Positions 24,901 to 37,000 of a stretch of DNA of 64,000 bases are shown here, piece by piece. The notes beneath the pieces were generated by a model, which was not told where the DNA came from, ran no database searches, and saw only the letters and a program-made list of their open reading frames with translations. Both the position numbers and the translations under genes were made by a program. Numbering within the stretch: position 1 is the first letter of the stretch; every line of letters begins with the position of its first letter. This stretch comes from Eledone cirrhosa (taxonomy: Eukaryota): NCBI GenBank assembly GCA_964016885.1, contig OZ024742.1:166098001-166162000 (forward strand), given 5' to 3'.

Positions 24901-27900
24901 TCCAGCCTCCAAGGGGAGATAATTTCCAGCCAGCCAAGGGGAGATAATTTGTAAAAAAATCAGGGGGAGATAATTTGTAAAAAAAATCAGGGGGAGATAA
25001 TTTGTAAAAAAAAATCAGGGGGAGATAATTTGTAAAAAAAATCAGGGGGAGATAATTTGTAAAAAAAATCAGGGGGAGATAATTTGTAAAAAAAATCAAG
25101 GGGAGATAATTTCCAGCCGTCCAAGGGGAGATAATTTTCAGCCGTCCAAGGGGAGATAATTTCCAGCCGTCCAAGGGGAGATAATTTCCATCCTTCCAAG
25201 GGGAGATAATTTCCAGCCGTCCAAGGGGAGATAATTTTCAGCCGTCCAAGGGGAGATAATTTCCCGCCAGCCAAGGGAAGATAATATTTTAAAAAATCAG
25301 GCGGAGATAATTTGTAAAAAAAATCAGGGGGAGATAATTTATAAAAAAATCAGGGGGAGATAATTTGTAAAAAAAAAATCAGGGGGAGATAATTTGTAAA
25401 AAAAATCAGGGGGAGATAATTTGTAAAAAAAAATCAGGGGTAGATAATTTGTAAAAAAAAATCAGGGGGAGATAATTTGTAAAAAAAAAATCAGGGGGAG
25501 ATAATTTGTAAAAAAAATCAAGGGGAGATAATTTCCAGCCGTCCAAGGAGAGATAATTTTTTAAAAAAATCAGGCGGAGATAATTTGTAAAAAAAAATCA
25601 AGGGGAGATAATTTGTAAAAAAAAATCAAGGGGAGATAATTTGTAAAAAAAATCAAGGGGAGATTATTTCCAGCCGTCCAAGGGAAGATAATTTCCAGCA
25701 CTCCAAGGGGCTATAATTTCCAGTGTCCAAGGGGAGATAATTTCCAGCCAGCGAAGGGGAGATAATTTTTTTAAAAAAATCAGGGGGAGATATGTAAAAA
25801 AAATCAGAGGGAGATAATTTCTAAAAAAAATCAAAGGGAGATAATTTCCAGCCGTCCAAAGAGAGATAATTTCTAGCCGTCCAAGGGGAGATAATTTCCA
25901 GCCAAGGGGAGATAATTTCCAGCCGTCCAAGGGGAGATAATTATTTAAAAAATCAGGTGGAGATAATTTGTAAAAAAAATCAGGGGGAGATAATTTGTAA
26001 AAACAAAATCAAGGGCAGATAATTTCCAGCTGTCCAAGGGGAGATAATTTCCAGCCGTGCAAGGGGAGATAATTTCCAGCCGTCCAAGGGGAGATAATTT
26101 CCATCCTTCCAAGGGGAGATAATGTCCAGCCGTCCAAGGGGAGATAATTTCCCGCCAGCCAAGGGAAGATAATTTTTAAAAAAATCAGGCGGAGATTGTA
26201 AAAAAAATCAGGGGGAGATAATTTGTAAAAAAAAAATCAGGGGGAGATAATTTGTAAAAAAAATCAGGGGTAGATAATTTGTAAAAAAAAATCAGGGGGA
26301 GATAATTTGTAAAAAAAATCAGGGGGAGATAATTTCTAAAAAAATCAAGGGGAGATAATATGCAGCCGTCCAAGGGGAGATAATTTTCAGCCGTCCAAGG
26401 AGAGGTAATTTCTAGCCGTCCAAGGGGAGATAATTTCCAGCCGTCCAAGGGGAGATAATTTCCAGCCGTCCAAGGGGAGATAGTTTTTTTAAAAAAATCA
26501 GGCGGAGATAATTTGTAAAAAAAAAATCAGGGGGAGATAATTTGTAAAAAAAAATCAGGGGGAGATAATTTGTAAAAAAAATCAGGGGGAGATAATTAGT
26601 AAAAAAAATCAAGGGGAGATAATTTCCAGCCGTCCAAGGGGAGGTAATATCTAGCCGTCCAAGGGGAGATAATTTCCAGCCGTCCAAGGGGAGATAATTT
26701 CCAGCCGTCCAAGGGTAGATAATATCCAGCCGTCCAAGTAGACATATTTTCCAGCCGTCCAAGGAGAGGTAATTTCTAGCCGTCCAAGGGGAGATAAATT
26801 CCAGCCTCCAAGGGGAGATAATTTCCAGCCAGCCAAGGGGAGATAATTTGTAAAAAAATCAGGGGGAGATAATTTGTAAAAAAAATCAGGGGGAGATAAT
26901 TTGTAAAAAAAAATCAGGGGGAGATAATTTGTAAAAAAAAATCAGGGGGAGATAATTTGTAAAAAAAATCAGGGGGAGATAATTTGTAAAAAAAAATCAG
27001 GGGGAGATAATTTGTAAAAAAAAATCAGGGGGAGATAATTTGTAAAAAAAAATCAGGGGGAGATAATTTGTAAAAAAAATCAGGGGGAGATAATTTGTAA
27101 AAACAAATCAAGGGGAGATAATTTCCAGCCGTCCAAGGGGAGATAATTTTCAGCCGCCCAAGGGGAGATAATTTCCCGCCAGCCAAGGGAAGATAATATT
27201 TAAAAAATCAGGCGGAGATAATTTGTAAAAAAAATCAGGGGGAGATAATTTGTAAAAAAATCAGGGGGAGATAATTTGTAAAAAAAAAATCAGGGGGAGA
27301 TAATTTGTAAAAAAAATCAGGGGGAGATGATTTGTAAAAAAAATCAGGGGTAGATAATTTGTAAAAAAAAATCAGGGGGAGATAATTTGTAAAAAAAAAT
27401 CAGGGGGAGATAATTTGTAAAAAAAATCAAGAGGAGATAATTTCCAGCCGTCCAAGGGGAGATAATTTTCAGCCGTCCAAGGGGAGATAATTTCCAGCCG
27501 TCCAAGGGGAGATAATTTCCATCCTTCCAAGGGGAGATAATTTCCAGCCGTCCAAGGGGAGATAATTTCCCGCCAACCAAGGGAAGATAATTTTTAAAAA
27601 AATCAGGCGGAGATTGTAAAAAAAATCAGGTGGAGATAATTTGTAAAAAAATCAGGGGGAGATAATTTGTAAAAAAAAAATCAGGGGGAGATAATTTGTA
27701 AAAAAAATCAGGGGGAGATAATTTGTAAAAAAAAATCAAGGGGAGATAATTTGTACAAAAAATCAGGGGTATATAATTTGTAAAAAAAAATCAGGGGGAG
27801 ATAATTTGTAAAAAAAAATCAGGGGGAGATAATTTGTAAAAAAAATCAAGGGGAGATAATTTGCAGCCGTCCAAGGGGAGATAATTTTCAGCCGTCCAAG

Positions 27901-30900
27901 GAGAGGTAATTTCTAGCCGTCCAAGGTGAGATAATATCCAGCCGTCCAAGGGGAGATAATTTCCAGCCGTCCAAGGGGAGATAATTTTAAAAAAAAAACA
28001 GGCGAAGATAATTTGTAAAAAAAAAATCAGGGGGAGATAATTTGTAAAAAAAAATCAGGGGGAGATAATTTGTAAAAAAAATCAGGGGGAGGTAATTTGT
28101 AAAAAAAATCAAGGGGAGATAATTTCCAGCCGTCCAAGGGAAGATAATTTCCAGCCCTCCAAGGGGCTATAATTTCCAGCGTCCAAGGGGAGATAATTTC
28201 CAGCCAGCGAAGGGGAGATAATTTTTTTTTTTTTAAATCAGGGGGACATAATTTGTAAAAAAAAATCAGGGGGAGATAATTTGTAAAAAAAATCAAGGGG
28301 AGATAATTTGTAAAAAAAAATCAGGGGGAGATAATTTGTAAAAAAAAATCAGGGGGAGATAATTTGTAAAAAAAATTAAGGGGAGATAATTTGTAAAAAA
28401 AAATCAAGGGGAGATAATTTCCAGCCGTCCAAGGAGAGGTAATTTCTAGACGTCCAAGGGGAGATAATTTCCAGCCGTCCAAGGGGAGATAATTTCCAGC
28501 CGTCCAAGGGTAGATAATATCCAGCCGTCCAAGGAGACATATTTTCCAGCTTTCCAAGGAGAGGTAATTTCTAGCCGTCCAAGGGGAGATAAATTCCAGC
28601 CTCCAAGGGGAGATAATTTCCAGCCAGCCAAGGGGAGATAATTTGTAAAAAAAATCAGGGGGAGATAATTTGTAAAAAAAATCAGGGGGAGATAATTTGT
28701 AAAAAAAATCAGGGGGAGATAATTTCCAGCCGTCCAAGGGGAGATAATTTTCAGCCGTCCAAGGGGAGATAATTTCCCGCCAGCCAAGGGAAGATAATAT
28801 TTAAAAAATGAGGCGGAGATAATTTGTAAAAAAAATCAGGGGGAGATAATTTGTAAAAAAATCAGGGGGAGATAATTTGTAAAAAAAAAATCAGGGGGAG
28901 ATAATTTGTAAAAAAAATCAGGGTGAGATAATTTGTAAAAAAAAATCAGGGGTAGATAATTTGTAAAAAAAAATCAGGGGGAGATAATTTGTAAAAAAAA
29001 TCAGGGGGAGATAATTTATAAAAAAAATCAAGGGGAGATAATTTCCAGCCGTCCAAGGGAAGATAATTTCAAGCCCTCCAAGGGGCTATAATTTCCAGTG
29101 TCCAAGGGGAGATAATTTCCAGCCAGCGAAGGGGAGATAATTTTTTTTTAAAAATCAGGGGGAGATTTGTAAAAAAAATCAGGGGGAGATAATTTGTAAA
29201 AAAAATCAAAGGGAGATAATTTCCAGCCGTCCAAAGAGATAATTTCTAGCCGTCCAAGGGGAGATAATTTCGAGCCAAGGGGAGATAATTTCCAGCCGTC
29301 CAAGGGGAGATAATTTTTTAAAAAATCAGGTGGAGATAATTTGTAAAAAAAATCAGGGGGAGATAATTTGTAAAAACAAAATCAAGGGGAGATAATTTCC
29401 AGCTGTCCAAGGGGAGATAATTTCCAGCCGTGCAAGGGGAGATAATTTCCAGCCGTCCAAGGGGAGATAATTTCCATCCTTCCAAGGGGAGATAATTTCC
29501 AGCCGTCCAAGGGGAGATAATTTCCCGCCAGCCAAGGGAAGATAATTTTTTAAAAAATCAGGCGGAGATTGTAAAAAAAATCAGGGGGAGATAATTTGTA
29601 AAAAATCAGGGGGAGATAATTTGTAAAAAAATCAAGGGGAGATAATTTCCAGCTGTCCAAGGGGAGGTAATATCTAGCCGTCCAAGGGGAGATAATTTCC
29701 AGCCGTCCAAGGGGAGATAATTTCCAGCCGTCCAAGGGTAGATAATATCCAGCCGTCCAAGGAGACATATTTTCCAGCCGTCCAAGGAGAGGTAATTTCT
29801 AGCCGTCCAAGTGGAGATAAATTCCAGCCTCCAAGGGGAGATAATTTCCAGCCAGCCAAGGGGAGATAATTTGTAAAAAAATCAGGGGGAGATAATTTGT
29901 AAAAAAAATCACGGGGAGATAATTTGTAAAAAAAAATCAGGGGGAGATAATTTGTAAAAAAAATCAGGGGGAGATAATTTGTAAAAAAAATCAAGGGGAG
30001 ATAATTTCCAGCCGTCCAAGGGGAGATAATTTTCAGCCGTCCAAGGGGAGATAATTTCCCGCCAGCCAAGGGAAGATAATATTTAAAAAATGAGGCGGAG
30101 ATAATTTGTAAAAAAAAATCAGGGGTAGATAATTTGTAAAAAAAATCAGGGGGAGATAATTTGTAAAAAAAATCAAGGGGAGATAATTTCCAGCCGTCCA
30201 AGGAGAGATAATTTTTAAAAAAAATCAGGCGGAGATAATTTGTAAAAAAAAAATCAGGGGGAGATAATTTGTAAAAAAAAATCAGGGGGAGATAATTTGT
30301 AAAAAAAATCAAGGGGAGATAATTTCCAGCCGTCCAAGGGGAGATAATTTTCAGCCGTCCAAGGGGAGATAATTTCCAGCCGTCCAAGGGGAGATAATTT
30401 AAAAAAAAAATCAGGCGGAGATAATTTGTAAAAAAAATCAAGGGGAGATAATTTGCAACCGTCCAAGGGGACATAATTTTCAGTCGTCCAAGGAGAGGTA
30501 ATTTCTAGCCGTACAAGGGGAGATAATTTCCAGCCGTCCAAGGGGAGATAATTTCCAGCCGTCCAAGGGGAGATAATTTTTTTTTAAAAATCAGGCGGAG
30601 ATAATTTGTAAAAAAAAATCAGGGGGAGATAATTTGTAAAAAAAAATCAGGGGGAGATAATTTCTAAAAAAATCAAGGGGAGATAATATGCAGCCGTCCA
30701 AGGGGAGATAATTTTCAGCCGTCCAAGGAGAGGTAATTTCTAGCCGTCCAAGGGGAGATAATTTCCAGCCGTCCAAGGGGAGATAATTTCCAGCCGTCCA
30801 AGGGGAGATAGTTTTTTTTAAAAAATCAGGCGGAGATAATTTGTAAAAAAAAAATCAGGGGGAGATAATTTGTAAAAAAAAATCAGGGGGAGATAATTTG

Positions 30901-32740
30901 TAAAAAAAAATCAGGGGGAGATAATTTGTAAAAAAAATCAGGGGGAGATAATTAGTAAAAAAAATCAAGGGGAGATAATTTCCAGCCGTCCAAGGGGAGG
31001 TAATATCTAGCCGTCCAAGGGGAGATAATTTCCAGCCGTCCAAGGGGAGATAATTTCCAGCCGTCCAAGGGTAGATAATATCCAGCCGTCCAAGTAGACA
31101 TATTTTCCAGCCGTCCAAGGAGAGGTAATTTCTAGCCGTCCAAGGGGAGATAAATTCCAGCCTCCAAGGGGAGATAATTTCCAGCCAGCCAAGGGGAGAT
31201 AATTTGTAAAAAAATCAGGGGGAGATAATTTGTAAAAAAAATCAGGGGGAGATAATTTGTAAAAAAAAATCAGGGGGAGATAATTTGTAAAAAAAAAATC
31301 AGGGGGAGATAATTTGTAAAAAAAATCAGGGGGAGATAATTTGTAAAAACAAATCAAGGGGAGATAATTTCCAGCCGTCCAAGGGGAGATAATTTTCAGC
31401 CGCCCAAGGGGAGATAATTTCCCGCCAGCCAAGGGAAGATAATATTTAAAAAATCAGGCGGAGATAATTTGTAAAAAAAATCAGGGGGAGATAATTTGTA
31501 AAAAAATCAGGGGGAGATAATTTGTAAAAAAAAAATCAGGGGGAGATAATTTGTAAAAAAAATCAGGGGGAGATGATTTGTAAAAAAAATCAGGGGTAGA
31601 TAATTTGTAAAAAAAAATCAGGGGGAGATAATTTGTAAAAAAAAATCAGGGGGAGATAATTTGTAAAAAAAATCAAGAGGAGATAATTTCCAGCCGTCCA
31701 AGGGGAGATAATTTTCAGCCGTCCAAGGGGAGATAATTTCCAGCCGTCCAAGGGGAGATAATTTCCATCCTTCCAAGGGGAGATAATTTCCAGCCGTCCA
31801 AGGGGAGATAATTTCCCGCCAACCAAGGGAAGATAATTTTTAAAAAAATCAGGCGGAGATTGTAAAAAAAATCAGGGGGAGATAATTTGTAAAAAAATCA
31901 GGGGGAGATAATTTGTAAAAAAAAAATCAGGGGGAGATAATTTGTAAAAAAAATCAGGGGGAGATAATTTGTAAAAAAAAATCAAGGGGAGATAATTTGT
32001 ACAAAAAATCAGGGCTATATAATTTGTAAAAAAAAATCAGGGGGAGATAATTTGTAAAAAAAAATCAGGGGGAGATAATTTGTAAAAAAAATCAAGGGGA
32101 GATAATTTGCAGCCGTCCAAGGGGAGATAATTTTCAGCCGTCCAAGGAGAGGTAATTTCTAGCCGTCCAAGGTGAGATAATATCCAGCCGTCCAAGGGGA
32201 GATAATTTCCAGCCGTCCAAGGGGAGATAATTTTAAAAAAAAAACAGGCGAAGATAATTTGTAAAAAAAAAATCAGGGGGAGATAATTTGTAAAAAAAAA
32301 TCAGGGGGAGATAATTTGTAAAAAAAATCAGGGGGAGGTAATTTGTAAAAAAAATCAAGGGGAGATAATTTCCAGCCGTCCAAGGGAAGATAATTTCCAG
32401 CCCTCCAAGGGGCTATAATTTCCAGCGTCCAAGGGGAGATAATTTCCAGCCAGCGAAGGGGAGATAATTTTTTTTTTTTTAAATCAGGGGGACATAATTT
32501 GTAAAAAAAAATCAGGGGGAGATAATTTGTAAAAAAAATCAAGGGGAGATAATTTGTAAAAAAAAATCAGGGGGAGATAATTTGTAAAAAAAAATCAGGG
32601 GGAGATAATTTGTAAATAAAATTAAGGGGAGATAATTTGTAAAAAAAAATCAAGGGGAGATAATTTCCAGCCGTCCAAGGAGAGGTAATTTCTAGACGTC
32701 CAAGGGGAGATAATTTCCAGCCGTCCAAGGGGAGATAATT
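15451..32740 (+). repeat. ~8.6-kb near-identical tandem duplication (15451-24059 / 24060-~32740)
   Basis: ORF-track offsets: 15469/24078 (8609); 16023/24633, 17370/25980, 19711/28321, 21644/30254 (8610); 22274/30855 (8581); 23609/32273 (8664). Shared rare variants: TTTATAAAA at ~16730/25340 and TCACGGGG at ~21299/29909. Confidence 0.9.
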
Positions 32741-34060
32741 TCCAGCCGTCCAAGGGTAGATAATATCCAGCCGTCCAAGGAGACATAGTTTCCAGCTTTC
32801 CAAGGAGAGGTAATTTCTAGCCGTCCAAGGGGAGATAAATTCCAGCCTCCAAGGGGAGATAATTTCCAGCCAGCCAAGGGGAGATAATTTGTAAAAAAAA
32901 TCAGGGGGAGATAATTTGTAAAAAAAATCAGGGGGAGATAATTTGTAAAAAAAATCAGGGGGAGATAATTTCCAGCCGTCCAAGGGGAGATAATTTTCAG
33001 CCGTCCAAGGGGAGATAATTTCCCGCCAGCCAAGGGAAGATAATATTTAAAAAATGAGGCGGAGATAATTTGTAAAAAAAATCAGGGGGAGATAATTTGT
33101 AAAAAAATCAGGGGGAGATAATTTGTAAAAAAAAAATCAGGGGGAGATAATTTGTAAAAAAAATCAGGGGGAGATAATTTGTAAAAAAAATCAGGGGTAG
33201 ATAATTTTTAAAAAAAAATCAGGGGGAGATAATTTGTAAAAAAAATCAGGGGGAGATAATTTATAAAAAAAATCAAGGGGAGATAATTTCCAGCCGTCCA
33301 AGGGAAGATAATTTCAAGCCCTCCAAGGGGCTATAATTTCCAGTGTCCAAGGGGAGATAATTTCCAGCCAGCGAAGGGGAGATAATTTTTTTTTAAAAAT
33401 CAGGGGGAGATTTGTAAAAAAAATCAGGGGGAGATAATTTGTAAAAAAAATCAAAGGGAGATAATTTCCAGCCGTCCAAAGAGATAATTTCTAGCCGTCC
33501 AAGGGGAGATAATTTCGAGCCAAGGGGAGATAATTTCCAGCCGTCCAAGGGGAGATAATTTTTTAAAAAATCAGGTGGAGATAATTTGTAAAAAAAATCA
33601 GGGGGAGATAATTTGTAAATACAAAATCAAGGGCAGATAATTTCCAGCTGTCCAAGGGGAGATAAATTCCAGCCGTGCAAGGGGAGATAATTTCCAGCCG
33701 TCCAAGGGGAGATAATTTCCATCCTTCCAAGGGGAGATAATTTCCAGCCGTCCAAGGGGAGATAATTTCCCGCCAGCCAAGGGAAGATAATTTTTTAAAA
33801 AATCAGGCGGAGATTGTAAAAAAAATCAGGGGGAGATAATTTGTAAAAAAATCAGGGGGAGATAATTTGTAAAAAAATCAAGGGGAGATAATTTCCAGCT
33901 GTCCAAGGGGAGGTAATATCTAGCCGTCCAAGGGGAGATAATTTCCAGCCGTCCAAGGGGAGATAATTTCCAGCCGTCCAAGGGTAGATAATATCCAGCC
34001 GTCCAAGGAGACATATTTTCCAGCCGTCCAAGGAGAGGTAATTTCTAGCCGTCCAAGGGG
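26290..34060 (+). repeat. ~4.25-kb tandem sub-duplication (~26290-30620 / ~30620-34060), mirrored at ~56790-61090 / ~61090-64000
   Basis: ORF ends 27580/31826, 28296/32542, 28737/32983 and 29768/34014 (offset 4246); 58075/62294, 58791/63010 and 59232/63451 (offset 4219). Confidence 0.85.
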
Positions 34061-37000
34061 AGATAATTTCCAGCCGTCCAAGGGGAGATAATTTAAAAAA
34101 AAATCAGGCGGAGATAATTTGTAAAAAAAATCAAGGGGAGATAATTTGCAACCGTCCAAGGGGACATAATTTTCAGTCGTCCAAGGAGAGGTAATTTCTA
34201 GCCGTACAAGGGGAGATAATTTCCAGCCGTCCAAGGGGAGATAATTTCCAGCCGTCCAAGGGGAGATAATTTTTTTTTAAAAATCAGGCGGAGATAATTT
34301 GTAAAAAAAAAATCAGGGGGAGATAATTTGTAAAAAAAAATCAGGGGGAGATAATTTGTAAAAAAAAATCAGGGGGAGATAATTTGTAAAAAAAATCAAG
34401 GGGAGATAATTTCCAGCCGTCCAAGGGAAGATAATTTCCAGCCCTCCAAGGGGCTATAATTTCCAGCGTCCAAGGGGAGATAATTTCCAGCCAGCGAAGG
34501 GGAGATAATTGTTTTAAAAAAATCATTGGGAGATTTGTAAAAAAAATCAGGGGGAGATAATTAATAAAAAAAATCAAGGGGAGATAATTTCCAGCCGTCC
34601 AAGGGGAGGTAATATCTAGCCGTCCAAGGGGAGATAATTTCCAGCCGTCCAAGGGGAGATAATTTCCAGCCGTCCAAGGGTAGATAATATCCAGCCGTCC
34701 AAGGAGACATATTTTCCCGCCGTCCAAGGAGAGGTAATTTCTAGCCGTCCAAGGGGAGATAAATTCCAGCCTCCAAGGGGAGATAATTTCCAGCCAGCCA
34801 AGGGGAGATAATTTGTAAAAAAATCAGGGGGAGATAATTTGTAAAAAAAATCAGGGGTAGATAATTTGTAAAAAAAAATCAGGGGGAGATAATTTGTAAA
34901 AAAAAATCAGGGGGAGATAATTTGTAAAAAAAATCAAGGGGAGATAATTTCCAGCCGTCCAAGGAGAGATAATTTAAAAAAAAAATCAGGCGGAGATAAT
35001 TTGTAAAAAAAAATCAGGGGGAGATAATTTGGAAAAAAAAATCAGGGGGAGATAATTTGTAAAAAAAATCAAGGGGAGATAATTTCCAGCCGTCCAAGGG
35101 GAGATAATTTCCAGCCGTCCAAGGGGAGATAATTTTTTAAAAAAAATCAGGCGGAGATAATTTGTAAAAAAAATCAGGGGGAGATAATTTGTAAAAAAAA
35201 ATCAGGGGGAGATAATTTGTAAAAAAAAATCAGGGGGAGATAATTTCCAGCCGTCCAAGGTAAGATAATTTCCAGCCCTCCAAGGGGCTATAATTTCCAG
35301 CCGTCCAAGGGTAGATAATATCCAGCCGTCCAAGTAGACATATTTTCCAGCCGTTCAAGGAGAGGTAATTTCTAGCCGTCCAAGGGGAGATAAATTCCAG
35401 CCTCCAAGGGGAGATAATTTCCAGCCAGCCAAGGGGAGATAATTTGTAAAAAAATCAGGGGGAGATAATTTGTAAAAAAAATCAGGGGGAGATAATTTGT
35501 AAAAAAAAATCAGGGGGAGATAATTTGTAAAAAAAAATCAGGGGGAGATAATTTGTAAAAAAAAATCAGGGGGAGATAATTTGTAAAAAAAATCAAGGGG
35601 AGATAATTTCCAGCCGTCCAAGGGGAGATAATTTTCAGCCGTCCAAGGGGAGATAATTTCCAGCCGTCCAAGGGGAGATAATTTCCATCCTTCCAAGGGG
35701 AGATAATTTCCAGCCGTCCAAGGGGAGATAATTTTCAGCCGTCCAAGGGGAGATAATTTCCCGCCAGCCAAGGGAAGATAATATTTTAAAAAATCAGGCG
35801 GAGATAATTTGTAAAAAAAATCAGGGGGAGATAATTTGTAAAAAAATCAGGGGGAGATAATTTGTAAAAAAAAAATCAGGGGGAGATAATTTGTAAAAAA
35901 AATCAGGGGGAGATAATTTGTAAAAAAAAATCAGGGGTAGATAATTTGTAAAAAAAAATCAGGGGGAGATAATTTGTAAAAAAAAATCAGGGGGAGATAA
36001 TTTGTAAAAAAAATCAGGGGGAGATAATTTGTAAAAAAAAATCAGGGGGAGATAATTTCCGGCCGTCCAAGGGGAGATAATTTTCAGCCGTCCAAGGGGA
36101 GATAATTTCCCGCCAGCCAAGGGAAGATAATATTTAAAAAAATCAGGCGGAGATAATTTGTAAAAAAAATCAGGGGGAGATAATTTGTAAAAAAATCAGG
36201 GGGAGATAATTTGTAAAAAAAATCAAGGGGAGATAATTTCCAGCCGTCCAAGGGGAGGTAATATCTAGCCGTCCAAGGGGAGATAATTTCCAGCCGTCCA
36301 AGTGGAGATAATTTCCAGCCGTCCAAGGGTAGATAATATCCAGCCGTCCAAGGAGACATATTTTCCAGCCGTCCAAGGAGAGGTAATTTCTAGCCGTCCA
36401 AGGGGAGATAAATTCCAGCCTCCAAGGGGAGATAATTTCCAGCCAGCCAAGGGGAGATAATTTGTAAAAAAAATCAGGGGGAGATAATTTGTAAAAAAAA
36501 TCAGGGGGAGATAATTTGTAAAAAAATCAGGGGGAGATAATTTGTAAAAAAAAAATCAGGGGGAGATAATTTGTAAAAAAAATCAGGGGGAGATGATTTG
36601 TAAAAAAAAATCAGGGGTAGATAATTTGTAAAAAAAAATCAGGGGGTGATAATTTGTAAAAAAAAATCAGGGGGAGATAATTTGTAAAAAAAATCAAGGG
36701 GAGATAATTTCCAGCCGTCGAAGGGAAGATAATTTCCAGCCCTCCAAGGGGCTATAATTTCCAGCGTCCAAGGGGAGATAATTTCCAGCCGTCCAAGGGG
36801 AGATAATTTCCAGCCGTCCAAGGGTAGATAATATCCAGCCGTCCAAGTAGACATTTTCCAGCCGTCCAAGGAGAGGTAATTTCTAGCCGTCCAAGGGGAG
36901 ATAAATTCCAGCCTCCAAGGGGAGATAATTTCCAGCCAGCCAAGGGGAGATAATTTGTAAAAAAATCAGGGGGAGATAATTTGTAAAAAAAATCAGGGGG

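Noticed and set aside
29674-30474. Longest ORF (266 aa; also 60142-60942) as a repeat or LRR-like protein
   Set aside because: Its length depends on a chance combination of homopolymer lengths. Homologous copies at 12499 and 21064 give 237 aa and the one at 1564 gives 175 aa. The leucine periodicity simply reflects the DNA monomer.
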